Shown: positions 26,391-45,037 of the stretch, in pieces | Position numbering within the stretch: the first letter of the stretch is position 1 | How the letters are laid out: every line of letters starts with the position of its first letter | The notes under the pieces: generated by a model | Told to the model about the DNA's origin: nothing | What the model saw: the letters and a program-made list of their open reading frames with translations, nothing else | Databases searched by the model: none | Position numbers and translations under genes: made by a program | Assembly (NCBI GenBank): GCA_964016885.1 | Contig: OZ024742.1 | Coordinates: 312,914,001-312,978,000 of the forward strand | Reading direction: 5' to 3' | Source of the DNA: Eledone cirrhosa | Taxonomy: Eukaryota | Length of the DNA: 64,000 nt

Positions 26391-27490
26391 GTTAACTTTG
26401 CCTTTCATCCTTACGGGGTTGATAAAATAAAATACCAGTAATGTACTGGGGTTGATTTAATCGACTTTCCCCTCCTCACAAAATTGTTGGCCTTGTGCCT
26501 AAATCAGAAAAGATTATGTGAGGGCGGTGGATTGGCAGTATCAGTAGAGTCTCGGACATCATGCTTTTCAGCATAGAGTTATGGCCGTTTACGTTCTAAG
26601 TTCAAATCCTACCACAGTTAGGTTTGCCTTTCATCCTTATGTGGTCGTTAAAATAAAGTACCAGTCATGAACTGGGGTAAATTTAATCAACTTTCCCCTT
26701 TCCCAAATTGCTGGCCTATAGCAGAAATCATTATTATTAAAATAAAGTACCAGTAATGCACTGGGTAATTGCTGGCCTTGTGCCTAAAGTAGAAACAATT
26801 ATTATTATGATTATAACGGCGGTGGATTGGCAGTATCGGTAGAGGGTCGGATGCCATGCTTTCCAGCATAGTTACGTCCCTTTACGATCTGAGTTCAAAT
26901 CCCGCCGAGGTTGACTTTGCCTTTCATCCTTACGGGGTCGATAAAATAAAGTACCAGTAATGTACTGGGTATTTGCTGGCCTTGTGCCTAAATTAGAAAC
27001 AATTATTATTATGATTATTTAAATAGAAATGACAATACCCAGACCTCATTCGCTTACTAAATGGAGTGGAACTCATCAACTCAGACCAAGGAAACAATGT
27101 TTCCATTGGTCTTTCTAATTGCTAATACTATCTACCACTCACAATTCCTGACAGAAGGAGCAACATGAAATAAAGTGTCTTGCTCAAAGACATAGTAGAG
27201 TTCCTGATCTAGTAACCAAACTCACAATCTTACAATTGTGAATCAACCACTAAGCCACATGCCTTTATTATATTTCTAATATATGAACTGGGTAATGAAC
27301 TGGGTAATTGCTGGCCTTGTGCCTAAAGTAGAAACAATTATATTTCTAATGAAATATACTGCTTATGTAAATAAAATAAAAAACAAAAAAAGGAAAAGAA
27401 GAAGGTTGTACCAGTAATGGACTTGGGTCGATTTAATTGACTTCCCTCCGAAAAAAAATATTTAGCCTTGTACCAAATATAGAAGCAATT
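26391..27490 (+). mobile_element. Cluster of about six full or partial tRNA-SINEs (plus a minus-strand CORE-SINE piece at ~27040-27265)
   Basis: Repeated GGCGGTGGATTGGCAGTATC heads and GGCCTTGTGCCTAAA.TAGAAACAATT tails. Confidence 0.85.
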
Positions 27491-28970
27491 TATGAAAAGC
27501 TGCCACAATTCATATATTAACTATAAAATAATGAAATAACTAGGTTACATTAACACTTGGAGACTGATAACAAGATGACCAGAGACATATGTGGGAATCA
27601 AACCATCCATTTGCCATATGCTGGGTAGCTGTAACAAACAAATAAATTTCAGATTTTCAAATTTGTCCAATTTCTTGGTAAACTTATCAGTTTAATTACA
27701 TTCCCAGTCTCCTATCAGTAATGCTTATGTATTTCAATTAATTTTTAAAATGATTAAAAAAAAAATTGAAGGATATTTAGTAATATAACCTACTTTTTCA
27801 TTATTTAGCTGATGGTTGAGAATATAATTTAATAAAAAGTTCTTAAATAAAATCATGATGGAAGGTTTTAATATAACTATATGAACACTTCAAAACCTAA
27901 GGTTTCATATCATAGAATCAACGACAAGAATAACTTTTAATTTAATTCACAACTGAAATTTGTGGAAATTTTTAAACATCCTTATTATAACATTATCATC
28001 ATCATCATCCTTTAATTTCTATTTTCCATCTTTTGCATGGTTTAGACAGTTTGTCACATAGTGAGTTTAGATTGGTTAGGTGACACTATCTTTTTTGTAC
28101 ATTCTGTTTTTGATTTGTTTTCTATGGCTGGATGCCATTCCTTGCTAACCACTTTACAGTGTTTATTGGGATTATTTTATTGCGACTTTGGTACTACCAC
28201 CTTACAGGGTGAATGGAGTGCTTTTGTTGTGGCACCAGCATTATTGCCTTAGAGCAAAGGTTCTCAAACTTTTGGGGCTACTACCCCCCTCACAGCCATG
28301 TAATATCCCCAGCACCCCCACCCCTATTTCCAGCCACATACAACACACATATCTCTCCACCCAGACACTGTTTTTGTTGTTGTTGTTGATGTTGATGTTG
28401 ACTCTGTGGTTGTTGTTGCTGTTTTGGGTGAGCAATATTTGAATAAAAAATGTCTTGGATTTCTTTAAAATGCAAGATGTATTACAGTTCTGTATGAGCA
28501 AGACATGGTCATCGGACATGGCTTGTCTCCCAATGGGGCAACTTGTCTAACCTATGCTAGCATGGAAAAATGGACGTTAAACAGTGATCACACACACACG
28601 CACACAATCACAATCACACATATATACATATATATAGAGAGAGAGACAGAGAGAGAGTAAAAAAGGAATATATCCTTTGAGAAACAGAATTTTATACACA
28701 TATATACAGAGCAAATATCATGTAGGAAAAATATACAAATTTTAATGCAATACTTTGATGCTCTGAACTAAGGTCCTTTGAGGTTATTTATTGAGAAACA
28801 CGTTCATTATATATTTAATATGTATTGATTCCTTTACATAGTATTTATATATATATATATTATAAATTGTTGGGACCTGCCAGCTAAGCTCTTACCATTT
28901 CAATGGCTAGTTCCAGATGCATATATTATGTAAAATAACTTGCCTTTGTTATCATTGTTAAACTATGTAA

Positions 28971-33733
<4,763 letters not shown>

Positions 33734-34554
33734 GCTGAGTAACTGTTCATTGATTTGAAAATGTCGTTGTCCCTCTTCATTAAATATATCAGCCATATCT
33801 CTGATGAGCAGGCTGATGTGATACAAGTCCAATATATGATAGATGGAGCTAAGGACAAGCTAAACAAGGACAAAATATCATATTGTTACTGTTGGATGAC
33901 CAAATATGGCAAAAGTGATTTGCTTTCTTTCAATCATCCTATTATCTGGTGATTTCAGCTTTGAAATTTTGCTCCATCTGAAGCACATTCTTGTACAATT
34001 CCTGCTAAAGATCTTGAAGATCTAACTGTGGATCAGGTGCTGCAGTAAAGAATTGTTTAAATATATCATATTTTTATTCTTGTACTGTTTTCAGTCATTA
34101 GACTGTAGCATTGCTGCAGCACCATATTGAAGTCAATCATATCAACTGTAGTTATTCATTTTTTCATGTCTGGTACTTATTTTAGCAATCTCCTTTGGTC
34201 AAATTATTATGGTATGGGACATAAACATATATACAAGCACAAACCTAAAGACAGAAATGAACAAACACATATATATATTATCTATACAAATAGCAGCTGA
34301 CACTTGTACAAATATTTCAAATTTATCAGTTTCTCATAGCCTTTGATGATAATCTTTTAGATTTGAAAAGTTTCCAGAAGTTCCAGACAATATTTGTAGA
34401 AATGACTCACTCTATATCAAAATGTATTGAGTCTTCCTGTATAACTGATAATCTTAATCCTTTGAAGAAGATAACATACATACATGCATGCATACATACA
34501 TGCATACATAGACACATGCATACATATATACATGCATACATACATGCATTCATC

Positions 34555-34740
34555 TGACTATACTTTTAAATTTGTAGCTGTGATAATTGAATCTCTTGGA
34601 AATATTACTAGCTGCCTCAGTAAAAATCTTGAGAAAGTGAGCTTCTCAGAACTAGAAAAGGCATGGCTAGTTAGGAAGTTCTAAGTACAATCCATTAATG
34701 GGACTGTGAAAATATGTAAAACATTTCAGAAATTCACCAT
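34555..34740 (+). mobile_element. Decayed C-terminus of an RLE-type (R4-like) non-LTR element
   Basis: YTFKFVAVIIESLG...QSINGTVKICKTF. Confidence 0.5.
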
Positions 34741-36310
34741 GTAATAACTGCATATACACAGTATAGATAGTGAAGCGTATGCATATGTATGCATATAACT
34801 CAAAACATACAGCTCCAAACATACAATAAACCCCATACATGCACATACACACAAACACATACACACATACATATGTATTCACCTCGTTGATGTCTAAATT
34901 CCAATGAAAGAGATTTGTTTCTATGTTAGAATCTGACTCAATTGGTGAGAATTTATAAAATAATAAAATCAAAAGAACATACATACATCCTGCCCTCCCT
35001 TTCTTATATATGCATATATACTGTTTAAAAACCCCATCCCCATTCTTTAACTGCTATGCTTCATCTTCTAAGTCCATGCCCAATGTACCTTCCATGGCCA
35101 AATATCACCAAAAACCTATTTAAACAGCTCCTTAACATGAATATTTAGCTGCCTAATGATCAGCAAAGTAATATGAAACACTGAGTAGTGACTGGCAAAA
35201 TTTCAGCCATGAATAAGTATTATTCTGCTGTACACAGCATTGAGTATGTTTTTTACTTTAAAGACATTAGTACTGACTTTCCATTAATATCACCATACTA
35301 ATGACAACTGTTTTCTGCATATCTACCTTCCCTATTCTAGTGAGGTTGAATGGCCGATGCAGTGGGTATCACAGGCTGTTCTTTGCAGCAATACTTTTAC
35401 CATCTTGTCTGCAGGGTAAGGCTGAGATATACCATCCTGTTAAGAGCCCCCCCCCCCCCCCCCATTTGTTCTCTTTTCCTTTTTGTCACTATGATATTAT
35501 AAATCTATTTTTTATTTTCTTGTATGCAGTATTTAGTTGTTGAAAACTAAAGACAACCTATCCAACTAGATTGGACCAATCATAAAGCATATATCCATGT
35601 CGTAATGACATTTGAAGCTTTTTCTTTCTGTCATATATGAATCAATGTAATGTATATTATCATATTGCAATCAAAACATATATATAAAGATAGCATAACA
35701 TATTCCATGGCTAGACAATATTATGATAAGTTCATTTGACTTTATGATCAATATAATGAACCTGTAAAAAACTTATAAATCAGCTTGAACAACAAATAAT
35801 TTAATGATCTGATAAGGATGCATCCCAGTAGTCATTCAACCTTCAAGAAATAGCAGCCAAATTCACTTAAATCTCACTCTGCCATTTCAACAAAGGAAGG
35901 ACAAAAATTTATAATGTAGTTCTAGATATATAAATTTACAAGATAGTCATGGTTTGAAGGTTGGAATACTTTTGATAATTGGTCTGCAAAATCAGGGCTG
36001 ACTCAGGGTTAAACAACAACAACATCAACTAACCCCACACAACAGAGAGTATTTAGATTGTTGGTTAATTGACTAGAAATAGCAGCCAAGTTTCCCTCAA
36101 ATACATCAGATTATGTATTATTTGATTTTAAAAAAACTATGATTTAACTGGGAATATTTTATTGTGTTACTGGCACTTTACAGAGTGGACTGGGCGTTTT
36201 TTTGTCATGGTATCAGCAATTCTACTTTACAGTGTAGGCTGGGTGTTTTTTTATCATGGTACCAGCATTACCATCTTGTCTGTGTGCATATATATATATA
36301 TATATGTATA

Positions 36311-36353
<43 letters not shown>

Positions 36354-37083
36354 ACACCCATCCCTACATCCCCTCCCCTCTACTCATCTCCCTGTCATAT
36401 CACACCTTGCATACAGCCATAAATTCATACTTCCTTCTCCTTTCACCCCGCCACCCCCATGGAGCAGAGAGAACTCTTCATTTGCGACAATGATCAACAA
36501 CCTCTTTAGTGTTGATGCCATGAAAATGCCCATAGTACACCCGGTTAGGTGGTTGGAGATAGAAAGGGCATCCAACCATGGAAAACTTGCCAAACAAAAG
36601 GTTGGAAGGACCCTTTAATTGTGTCAAAGACATGACAGCCTCCCTAGTGTTGGTGATCTACATGATAAATGCACTCAGTACACTCTGTAAAGTGGTGAAA
36701 TAATGATTAACACTTTAACATTTAAACCAGAAATATCTGGCCAGAATTCTCTCATCTCTTTCTGTTAAAACCAGCTGCTCATACTGATGTTGAAGTATTG
36801 TTCTCAAAATAAATAAAATCAAAATTTCATAGATTCAATATTATGTAATATAATTATGTGAGGTAAAGCCTTTACCATGAAAATACAATAGTAAATATAG
36901 AGTAATATAAATGCTAAAGGGTTAAACCAAGTTTTGTTTGTATCTGTAGCCTTGGATTAACCGTTATTACACCATGCTACATTTCACATGGAGATTGATC
37001 ATTGAAATCCTACCAGATATAGACAGGTATTTTGTTTGATATACAACATTCCAACAATATTTATTGATTTATATAATAAACGA

Positions 37084-37211
37084 ATTCTTCTGATGATTGA
37101 TTTGTGTCTCCCATAACTTAACCAAAATCGATAGTTGGTGATTGATGATCGATTGCTTAGATCAATTTTAAGTTGTGGTTCTTCAAATCATGAAATAGCG
37201 CTATAAGGAAT
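37084..37211 (+). ncRNA. Type I hammerhead ribozyme with 95-nt branched stem II
   Basis: ATTCTT CTGATGA T-TGATTTG...CAAATCA-T GAAA TAGCGCTA TA AGGAAT; inner helix CCATAACTTAA/TTAAGTTGTGG. Confidence 0.75.
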
Positions 37212-37364
37212 AAGAACTTTTTCCATCCTGAGTACATATTCTTCCTTGATATATGTGCTTTGTATATATACAAAATACTGTGTGTTCTCGTGAGATAAAT
37301 GGTTATTTCTCTCTATATATATTTACATTTATCTATTTGAATTCATAAATATGTATATAAATAT

Positions 37365-38627
37365 ATACAAGTTAATATAAATTAATATATGATAAACACA
37401 TAAGTGTTTGTATTGTAAATGACCAATCTAGCTAACTTGGTCATTTACAATACAAACACTTATGTGTTTATCATATATTAATTTATATTAACTTGTATTT
37501 CACGGCTCAGAAATGCTTCTTTCTTTGAGCTAATTAATTGTAAAGGACTGTTTGAGTTTATAACTCTAAATATAATATAGTATATAAATATATATATATC
37601 AACTAGAAATAGATTGACATATATATATATAAAATAAACATATGAAACAATCACAGAGAATAATTTGTAAAGTGTGTAAGCACACATAGCTAGGTAGGTA
37701 ACTAATTAAAGTTTAACTAGTACTTCAAATATAGATACCTTTTAAAATGATTAATCTCCTCTGTATATATTTTTTTAAATAAAAAATATATTTCACCAAT
37801 TAATCGGTAAATCACAGTAGTTAAATCCCGGATGGTCACCAAAGGAGAAGATCTGTGTTTACACAGCAAATGCAAATTTGTGAATGACTCGTACCACGTG
37901 TTGCATTTAAAAAAAAATACACACATCGCACAGCGTCATCCCAGTGGCGTGAATAGGATTATCGACAGCTAGAAATAGCAGCCGAGTCCATTCAACTGAG
38001 TTAGCTCTACAATTAAAGGACCGTATATATATCCAAAATTAAAATTAAGGGTGTCATGTCTGAGAGACATGCGCCATATCCACTGCAAAGATTCCAATGA
38101 ATAGATCCGAGCATTTTATATCAACTAGAAATAGATTGACATATATATATATAAAATAAACATATGAAACAATCACAGAGAATAATTTGTAAAGTGTGTA
38201 AGCACACATAGCTAAGTAGGTAACTAATTAAAGTTTAACTAGAACTTCAAATATAGATACCTTTTAAAATTGCTGTGTAAACACAGATAGTTGGATCTTC
38301 TCCTTTGGTGACCATCTGGGATTTGACTACTGTGATTTACTGATTAATTGGTGAAATATATTTTTTATTTAAAGAAATATATACAAAGGAGATTAATCAT
38401 TTTAAAAGGTATCTATATTTGAAGTTCTAGTTAAACCTTAATTAGTTACCTACCTAGCTATGTGTGCTTACACACTTTACAAATTATTCCTTGTGATTGT
38501 TTCATATGTTTATTTTATATATATATGTGTCAATCTATTTCTAGTTGATATAAAATGCTGGGATCTATTCATTGGAATCTTTGAGCTTATCCTGCAGTGG
38601 ATATGGTGCATGTCTCTCAGACATGAC
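37365..38627. repeat. Nested inverted/direct repeats upstream of the Penelope ORF
   Basis: Hairpin 37365-37499. Segments 37597-37870 and 38053-38270 are inverted copies of overlapping parts of 38270-38627. Confidence 0.75.
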
Positions 38628-40179
38628 TTCGCATTTAAATATTCTGACATTACCACTGATGAACTTTACATCATTTGCAAGAGAAACTATCTTTGAATTC
38701 AACAATGAATATTGGACTAGAGCTAATACTTCCAACAATTTTGATATCACAATGGGTGCGTCCGATTCATCGCAACTGACGGACTTGATTGGTAACTTTA
38801 TTTTGAATTCTTTAAATCGGAAAATTCCTCAACTTCGCGGTGGAATTTATCGTGACGATGCCCTTTTTAATGTCTTAAACTGTAACTTAGTTAACCTTAA
38901 TATTATTAAGAACAATATACTTGATCTATTTAAGCATCATAACCTTAAAATTGAATTTGATAACAACGTCAAACTAGCTAACTTCCTGGATATATCCCTT
39001 AATATTGACACCGGCCTATATTACCCTTACCATAAAGACAATGAGAATCTAAATTATGTTAATTTTAAATCTAACCACCCCACTAACGTTAAAAATGCTA
39101 TAGTCAGTAATGTCGAAAAAAGAATCTCAAATCTATCCTCTAATAAAGTTATCTTCGACGCTAATGCCAACTATTATAATAATGCGCTTTCCAAAGCCGG
39201 TTATCCTGATAAAATTAAATACAGTAAAGAAACCAATCATCGAAGGACTTATAGTAAAATAGTTAGCTATGAACATTCCAATAACTTAAATAAAAGACCT
39301 AGATACAAAAATATGATTTGGTATAATGCTCCTTTTTCTCTATCTATTACTAGTAATATTCCCAAACTATTTTTTAGGGCCTTAGATAAATGCTTCCCTC
39401 CCTCGCATATCTATAGTAAGATCTTTAACAAACATACAATCAAATTCTCTTATTCCACCACTTCCAACATCTCTAACATTATCTCTAAACACAATAATAA
39501 AATATTAAATAATAAATTATATCCATCCAACACTGAGCGTCATAATAATAGCAATAGTAAACCCGACGTCATTGTTAACTCTAGGCTAGATTCAGTAAAT
39601 TTAAATACGACGTCAAACGTAACTTCGTTGAATGTTCATAACACCAATCTAAATCAGGAAACTATAGTTCCTATCGTAAATAACTTCTCCAATCCAATTC
39701 CTTCTATAAATAATACTAGATCAGTTGTTAATAACTCTGGTAATCGTAATTGTAATTGCCCTGTTAGAACTAAATGTCCTCTTAATAACCAATGTCTTGA
39801 TAAAAACTTAGTGTATGAATGTAAGGTTATAACTGGTACTAATTATTTTACCTATTTCGGTTCCACTTCCACTTCCTTTAAAGCAAGATTTTATAATCAC
39901 AATTCGTCTTTTAAATACCAACTTAAAAGAACTAACACGGCACTCTCGGAACTCAAATGGTCTTTAAAAGACAAAAATATTAACTATAACATCTCTCGGA
40001 GGAAGGTTTGCAACGCCTTTTCTTACCGGAATTCTTCCCTATCCAGAACATGTAATCTCTGCCTATCCGAGAAATTTACCATTATATCCAATTTTAATTC
40101 TATAATAAATAGACGTACGGATTTATTTTCGCTCTGCTTGCATAAATCCCATAGAACTTTCCATAAAGTATACAGCTAA
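38572..40179 (+). pseudogene. Penelope-like RT/GIY-YIG polyprotein, C-terminal ~500 aa
   Basis: YRDD RT motif, SNHP thumb motif, Cys-rich linker CNCPVRTKCPL, GIY-YIG domain. N-terminus missing, frameshift near 38670. Confidence 0.88.
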
Positions 40180-40279
40180 TATGTCAATACCTAATTAGTT
40201 TTAAAATCTTCTTTTCTCAAACGCTTTTATATCTTTTACAAATATATCCATCTTTCTATCTTATTTTAGTATATTATAT

Positions 40280-43200
40280 TTTAGCAGTTTTAGTTATTGA
40301 GTAGTCGCCACTTTCGCAGGGTGGTAGAATCAGTGGTCGTTAGTTGCCAGTGTGGTAAGTGATAGTATCCTCGTTGGATTATCTTGTTTACATAGACGTG
40401 AGGGAAGGTCCCTCGATCTATTTACCATCTATTTACAATATTCCTTTCGTCAGGTCGCCAATTCCAGCAGCATGGATTAAAGATGTCATTGAGACACGAG
40501 TAACATAACAACGATTTCAACAGCAGCAATTAGAAATGAAATGTCTGTTTATTTATATGGTTGAAGTTACAGATAAAAAGAGATTACAAAAGGGAATGTG
40601 CCATTGCGCCGTTAAGCCGGCGAGGCTAGGGGTGCAATATCTCACTGTTACATTATGCGTGTTGCTGGCTCGAAGTTTCTGGTACAAGAGAAAGATTCTT
40701 CAAATCTTAGCGGGGAATTTCTTCCTCAGGGCGCGTAGGTATATATCCTCTTCTACTGGCGCTGATTGGCTGAACTGAGCCAAATCACGCACAGAGAATG
40801 TATGTGAGCCCGCGGAATGTAGGTCACTACATCATCTCCGACCAGATTTTTCAGCCGAAAATCGATAACGAAGAAACCAAGGACCCACATATTATTGAAT
40901 CAGCAAGAACAAATGCTGAAAGAGCACATCAGTGAAAAAATAATTGAGCAGAAGGTTGCATGCAAGAACAAAAAATGAGGCGCTACGGGCCGTGTTGAGC
41001 CGCTGTGTCAAATGACCAGTTGTTTTGTTGTTTATACGTGACCGCCAAAGGTCTAACAAAAAACGGATAAAGTCTGACATGGGCGAAGTTGCTGTTCTTG
41101 CATTAAATGTTAATGGTAAGCGTTGTACCAGTAGCTGTGAACGAAGCTATTATGGTAGTTTACCAGTGCTGGCAAGAAAATGATGGCCCCCAGATGTATT
41201 GTCGAATGTGCTGTGGAGCCAGGAAAAAATGGCTGGTTGCTTTGTAAAGAACAAAAGGCAAGTTTAATCTGTAGGTGGGTTGCAGTGTAAATTCCATAAT
41301 TCGGGCGAATCCACAGAAGTGGCTGAAATATTGATAAGTCCAGTTCAATTTGTTGCTTTCCCAGCGAGTCGGGCAAAAACAACAAGACGGATGGCCGTCA
41401 TGGACGATCAGTGTGCAACGAGATGCGAAGCTGTTTGAGTTCAGCTGCAATTAGAATTCTCGTGTTGCGGTGCCTGTTTGAATCCAGTAGATTAAGCTCT
41501 GTGAGCTGCTAGCATGTGACAGCATCTCAACCAGGTGAAAAGGGACTCGCAGAATATTACGTTTGAAGAACATATACCAAGAACAACATGTTGGTGTGTG
41601 ATAAAAAAAAATGTGTGCATATGCAGGCATGGAAAACAGTAAAGAATGTGAATGAACAAAAACCATGAGCAAACAAATAGCAAAAGAGCACAAAACAAGT
41701 AAATGCATTCTACAAAGAAATATGTGAATGTTAGAAACTGATAATTCAAAGTCAATCTAAGGGAGCAGAGAAATTGCTCAATAAGTTCAAAGTTTTTCAA
41801 AGTCAAATAGTTCACACATCACCAGTGTACAGACACTAGTTCTATCTGAAAACTGAAAAAGAAGTTTGTTAATGCCGTTAGGGGTTAGATGTAGGGTGTT
41901 TTTGTGAGATTTTCGTGGCCATTTTACCGTCCCGCCACACGGTTGTGTTGCTTATTGTTAAAGCAAAGTCAAAGAATCTTCTGTAGAGTAGGAGTCACCA
42001 AATATGGCAGCCACATCTGACGCCATAATGATGAGAAAACTACTGTCTCAATTTCTCGCGTCCCTGTGGTAACGAGACAGAAGGTATGGTGGTTGCGTCG
42101 GTAAAGTTACAAGCCGTTTTGAAATTTCCGATGTGTGGTGGTTGGCGTCGGTAAGGTTATGAAGCTGCCACTCACTGTTCCCCGTACTGGTCAGTGGTTA
42201 AACAACGCTGTCGCTGCTGCTGTCGTTGTTGTTGTCAAGTGTAGCCATGACATGTCGGTAGCCATCTTGAAATTTTTTCGTGGCGAAAAAGTTTTTGAAA
42301 TACTGCTAATTTTTCAAAAAAATTTTGAAAGGAATATATTGAATTTTCGCAAGTTGCGAAAAAGGTTGGCAAGTTCAACTGAAAGAATAAGAAGGCTGCG
42401 TTAAATTCTTACGTCGGTCACCACTTTAGCAGTTTTTGTTATTCTTTCAGTTGAACTTGCCAACCTTTTTCGCAACTTGCGAAAATTCAATATATTCCTT
42501 TCAAATATTTTTTGAAAAATTAGCAGTATTTCAAAAACTTTTTCGCCACGAAAAAATTTCAAGATGGCTACCGACATGTCATGGCTACACTTGACAACAA
42601 CAACGACAGCAGCAATTAGAGATGAAATGTCTGTTTATTTATATGGTTGAAGTTACAGATAAAAAGAGGTTACAAAAGGGAATGTGCCATTGCGCTGTTA
42701 AGCCGGCGAGGCTAGGGGTGCAATATCTCACTGTTACATTATGCGTGTTGCTGGCTCGAAGTTTCTGGTACAAGAGAGAGATTCTTCAAATCTTAGCGGG
42801 GAATTTCTTCCTCGGGGCACGTAGGTATACACCCTCTTCTACTGGCGCTGATTGGCTGAACTGAGCCAAATCACGCACAGAGAATGTATGTGAGCCCGCG
42901 GAAAGAATAAGAAGGGCTGCGTTAAATTCTTACGTCGGGGTCACCACTTTAGCAGTTTTAGTTATTGAGTAGTCGCCACTTTCGCAGGGTGGTAGAATCA
43001 GTGGTCGTTAGTTGCCAGTGTGGTAAGTGATAGTATCCTCGTTGGATTATCTTGTTTACATAGACGTGAGGGAAGGTCCCTCGATCTATTTACCATCTAT
43101 TTACAATATTCCTTTCGTCAGGTCGCCAATTCCAGCAGCATGGATTAAAGATGTCATTGAGACACGTGTAACATAACAACGATTTCAACAGCAGCAATTA

Positions 43201-43499
43201 GAGATGAAATGTCTGTTTATTTATATGGTTGAAGTTACAGATAAAAAGAGGTTACAAAAGGGAATGTGCCATTGCGCCGTTAAGCCGGCGAGGCTAGGGG
43301 TGCAATATCTCACTGTTACATCATGCGTGTTGCTGGCTCGAAGTTTCTGGTACAAGAGAGAGATTCTTCAAATCTTAGCGGGGAATTTCTTCCTCAGGGC
43401 GCGTAGGTATACATCCTCTTCTACTGGCGCTGATTGGCTGAACTGAGCCAAATCACGCACAGAGAATGTATGTGAGCCCGCGGAATGTAGGTCACTACA
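40280..43499 (-). mobile_element. Non-autonomous LTR retrotransposon (Gypsy-like ends), 552-bp LTRs
   Basis: LTRs 43499-42948 and 40831-40280 nearly identical, TGTAG start, ATAT(T) TSD. PBS TGGTGACCCCGACGT (42946-42932) is complementary to the tRNA-Trp 3' end. No recognisable gag/pol. Confidence 0.85.
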
Positions 43500-44385
43500 A
43501 TATTATACAATTTACTCATTCTATGTCGTTATGATCCCCTATCTTTCTTCTTTTTATCCTTTTTCCTTTCTTCCTTTCTTCTTTTTTTATTTCTAATCTT
43601 TAATCTGTAACTTTTACTTCTCAATTACTTCTTAATTCATATTATTACTCACTATAGTATTTTCCATTTTTTCCTTATATTCTTGGCCATACAAACTATA
43701 TTTTTTTAATATATAATAATATTACCATTAGTAAATTTTGTAAACATATATATATTTTTTGACGTTATATATTTTTTCTCCCTTAAACTTTCTTCTTTCC
43801 TTCCGTGCTCGTATTAAACCTATTTTCTACTTTTACATATTACAATACATACAAACAAACTTAAACCCTAACTAATTCCTCTAAATTCATAACTCATTTA
43901 ATCTCTCATTCACTCATATTATATCCTTCATACTTTTATTTTAATAATACATATTAATAAATTCTTTTTTTCGCACATATTATTAAACCCTTCAATATAT
44001 AAACCTTAAATAAATACCTCTCTTCATTCCTTTTTCTTTAATCATAAACATCACCATCCATAAACCTCATTAACTTTTAACTTTTAATTTCAAAATCTTT
44101 TTAAATTATCTATTATCTTTCAACGGTTTTTTAATTTCTCTCTGTGAGACAATGTTTTCTCAGTCATAAAGGCTATTTCTCTCTCTCTATCACTCATTTC
44201 TCCTCCTCTCTCATCCTTCCTTCTTATACTCCTCCCCCGTCATCCTTTTCTTTCTTCCTCTTTCTTACCTTCTCCTACCCCCCCCCCTTTCACAATCTCA
44301 TATATCCATCTTACTTTATTTTTCATATGTTGATTTAACACTTCACTGCTCGCAAGTGTTTTTTAATCTTCATATCATGTCTCCC

Positions 44386-44456
44386 TATTTTATCTGATGA
44401 GAACGCAAATATCATCCCATGATGATATTTGTTTTTGAAATGTGCATAATAAAATA
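44386..44456 (+). ncRNA. Type I hammerhead ribozyme in PLE pLTR
   Basis: TATTTTAT CTGATGA GAACGCAAATATCATCCCATGATGATATTTGTTTTT GAAA TGTGCA TA ATAAAATA. Confidence 0.82.
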
Positions 44457-44486
44457 CTTGGAACTCTTTTAACCATCTTTTGATCT

Positions 44487-44548
<62 letters not shown>

Positions 44549-44760
44549 TATATGCATACACACATACCTATAAGAGGGTGAATGGGAGATATGGAGATAG
44601 AAGAGGGAAATAAAGCACTGACCCTAAATATTGGGAAAACTCAACATTTAACTGGCTAAAAGAAATCAATAGATATACTTTTTCAAGGAATATATAAAGA
44701 AACACGCACACACACACATGTATCTACACACACACATGTATATACACACACACACTCACG

Positions 44761-44830
<70 letters not shown>

Positions 44831-44833
<3 letters not shown>

Positions 44834-44911
44834 GGTGTCCCCCCAAAAAATATATACACACTTCAACAACATTCTCATAAATATATGAATAGATTTTTTG
44901 AGGACACCCTG
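44831..44911. mobile_element. Tc1/mariner-type micro-MITE
   Basis: TA-CAGGGTGTCC...GGACACCCTG-TA; related copy at 48770-48869. Confidence 0.7.
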
Positions 44912-45037
44912 TATATATATATATATATATATATATGACACCAGCTTGATATTGATGTCATTACAGTAAAAGGTCTTATCACTATTGAGAATTGGCACAG
45001 AATATCACAAGATATGACATTTTTTAAAAAACAATTT

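Larger units (their letters stand above)
38625..44492 (+). mobile_element. 5'-truncated Penelope-like element (RT + GIY-YIG) with long AT-rich 3' UTR interrupted by an LTR element, ending in an HHR-bearing pLTR
   Basis: ORF to 40179: FDITMGASDS, GIYRDD, LVYECKV..YFGST, CNLCLSEK. HHR at 44386-44456, then (TA)n. Continuity across the LTR insertion inferred from its TSD. Confidence 0.85.

Noticed and set aside
26391-27490. Regularly recurring motifs resembling a CRISPR array or tRNA cluster
   Set aside because: They are SINE copies: irregular spacing, no cloverleaf, eukaryotic context.
33795-33830. CTGATGAG hammerhead-like start
   Set aside because: No stem II/GAAA/stem I partner nearby.
33731-34050. 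Possible coding exon (ORF 33755-33952)
   Set aside because: Nearby stops, no clear splice sites, no recognisable homology.
40832-42200. gag/integrase remnants inside the LTR element
   Set aside because: No convincing motifs could be read in any frame.
40536-43446. Three copies of an 80-aa ORF (MKCLFIYM...)
   Set aside because: Lies antisense within the LTR copies; conservation reflects LTR identity and no domain is recognisable.
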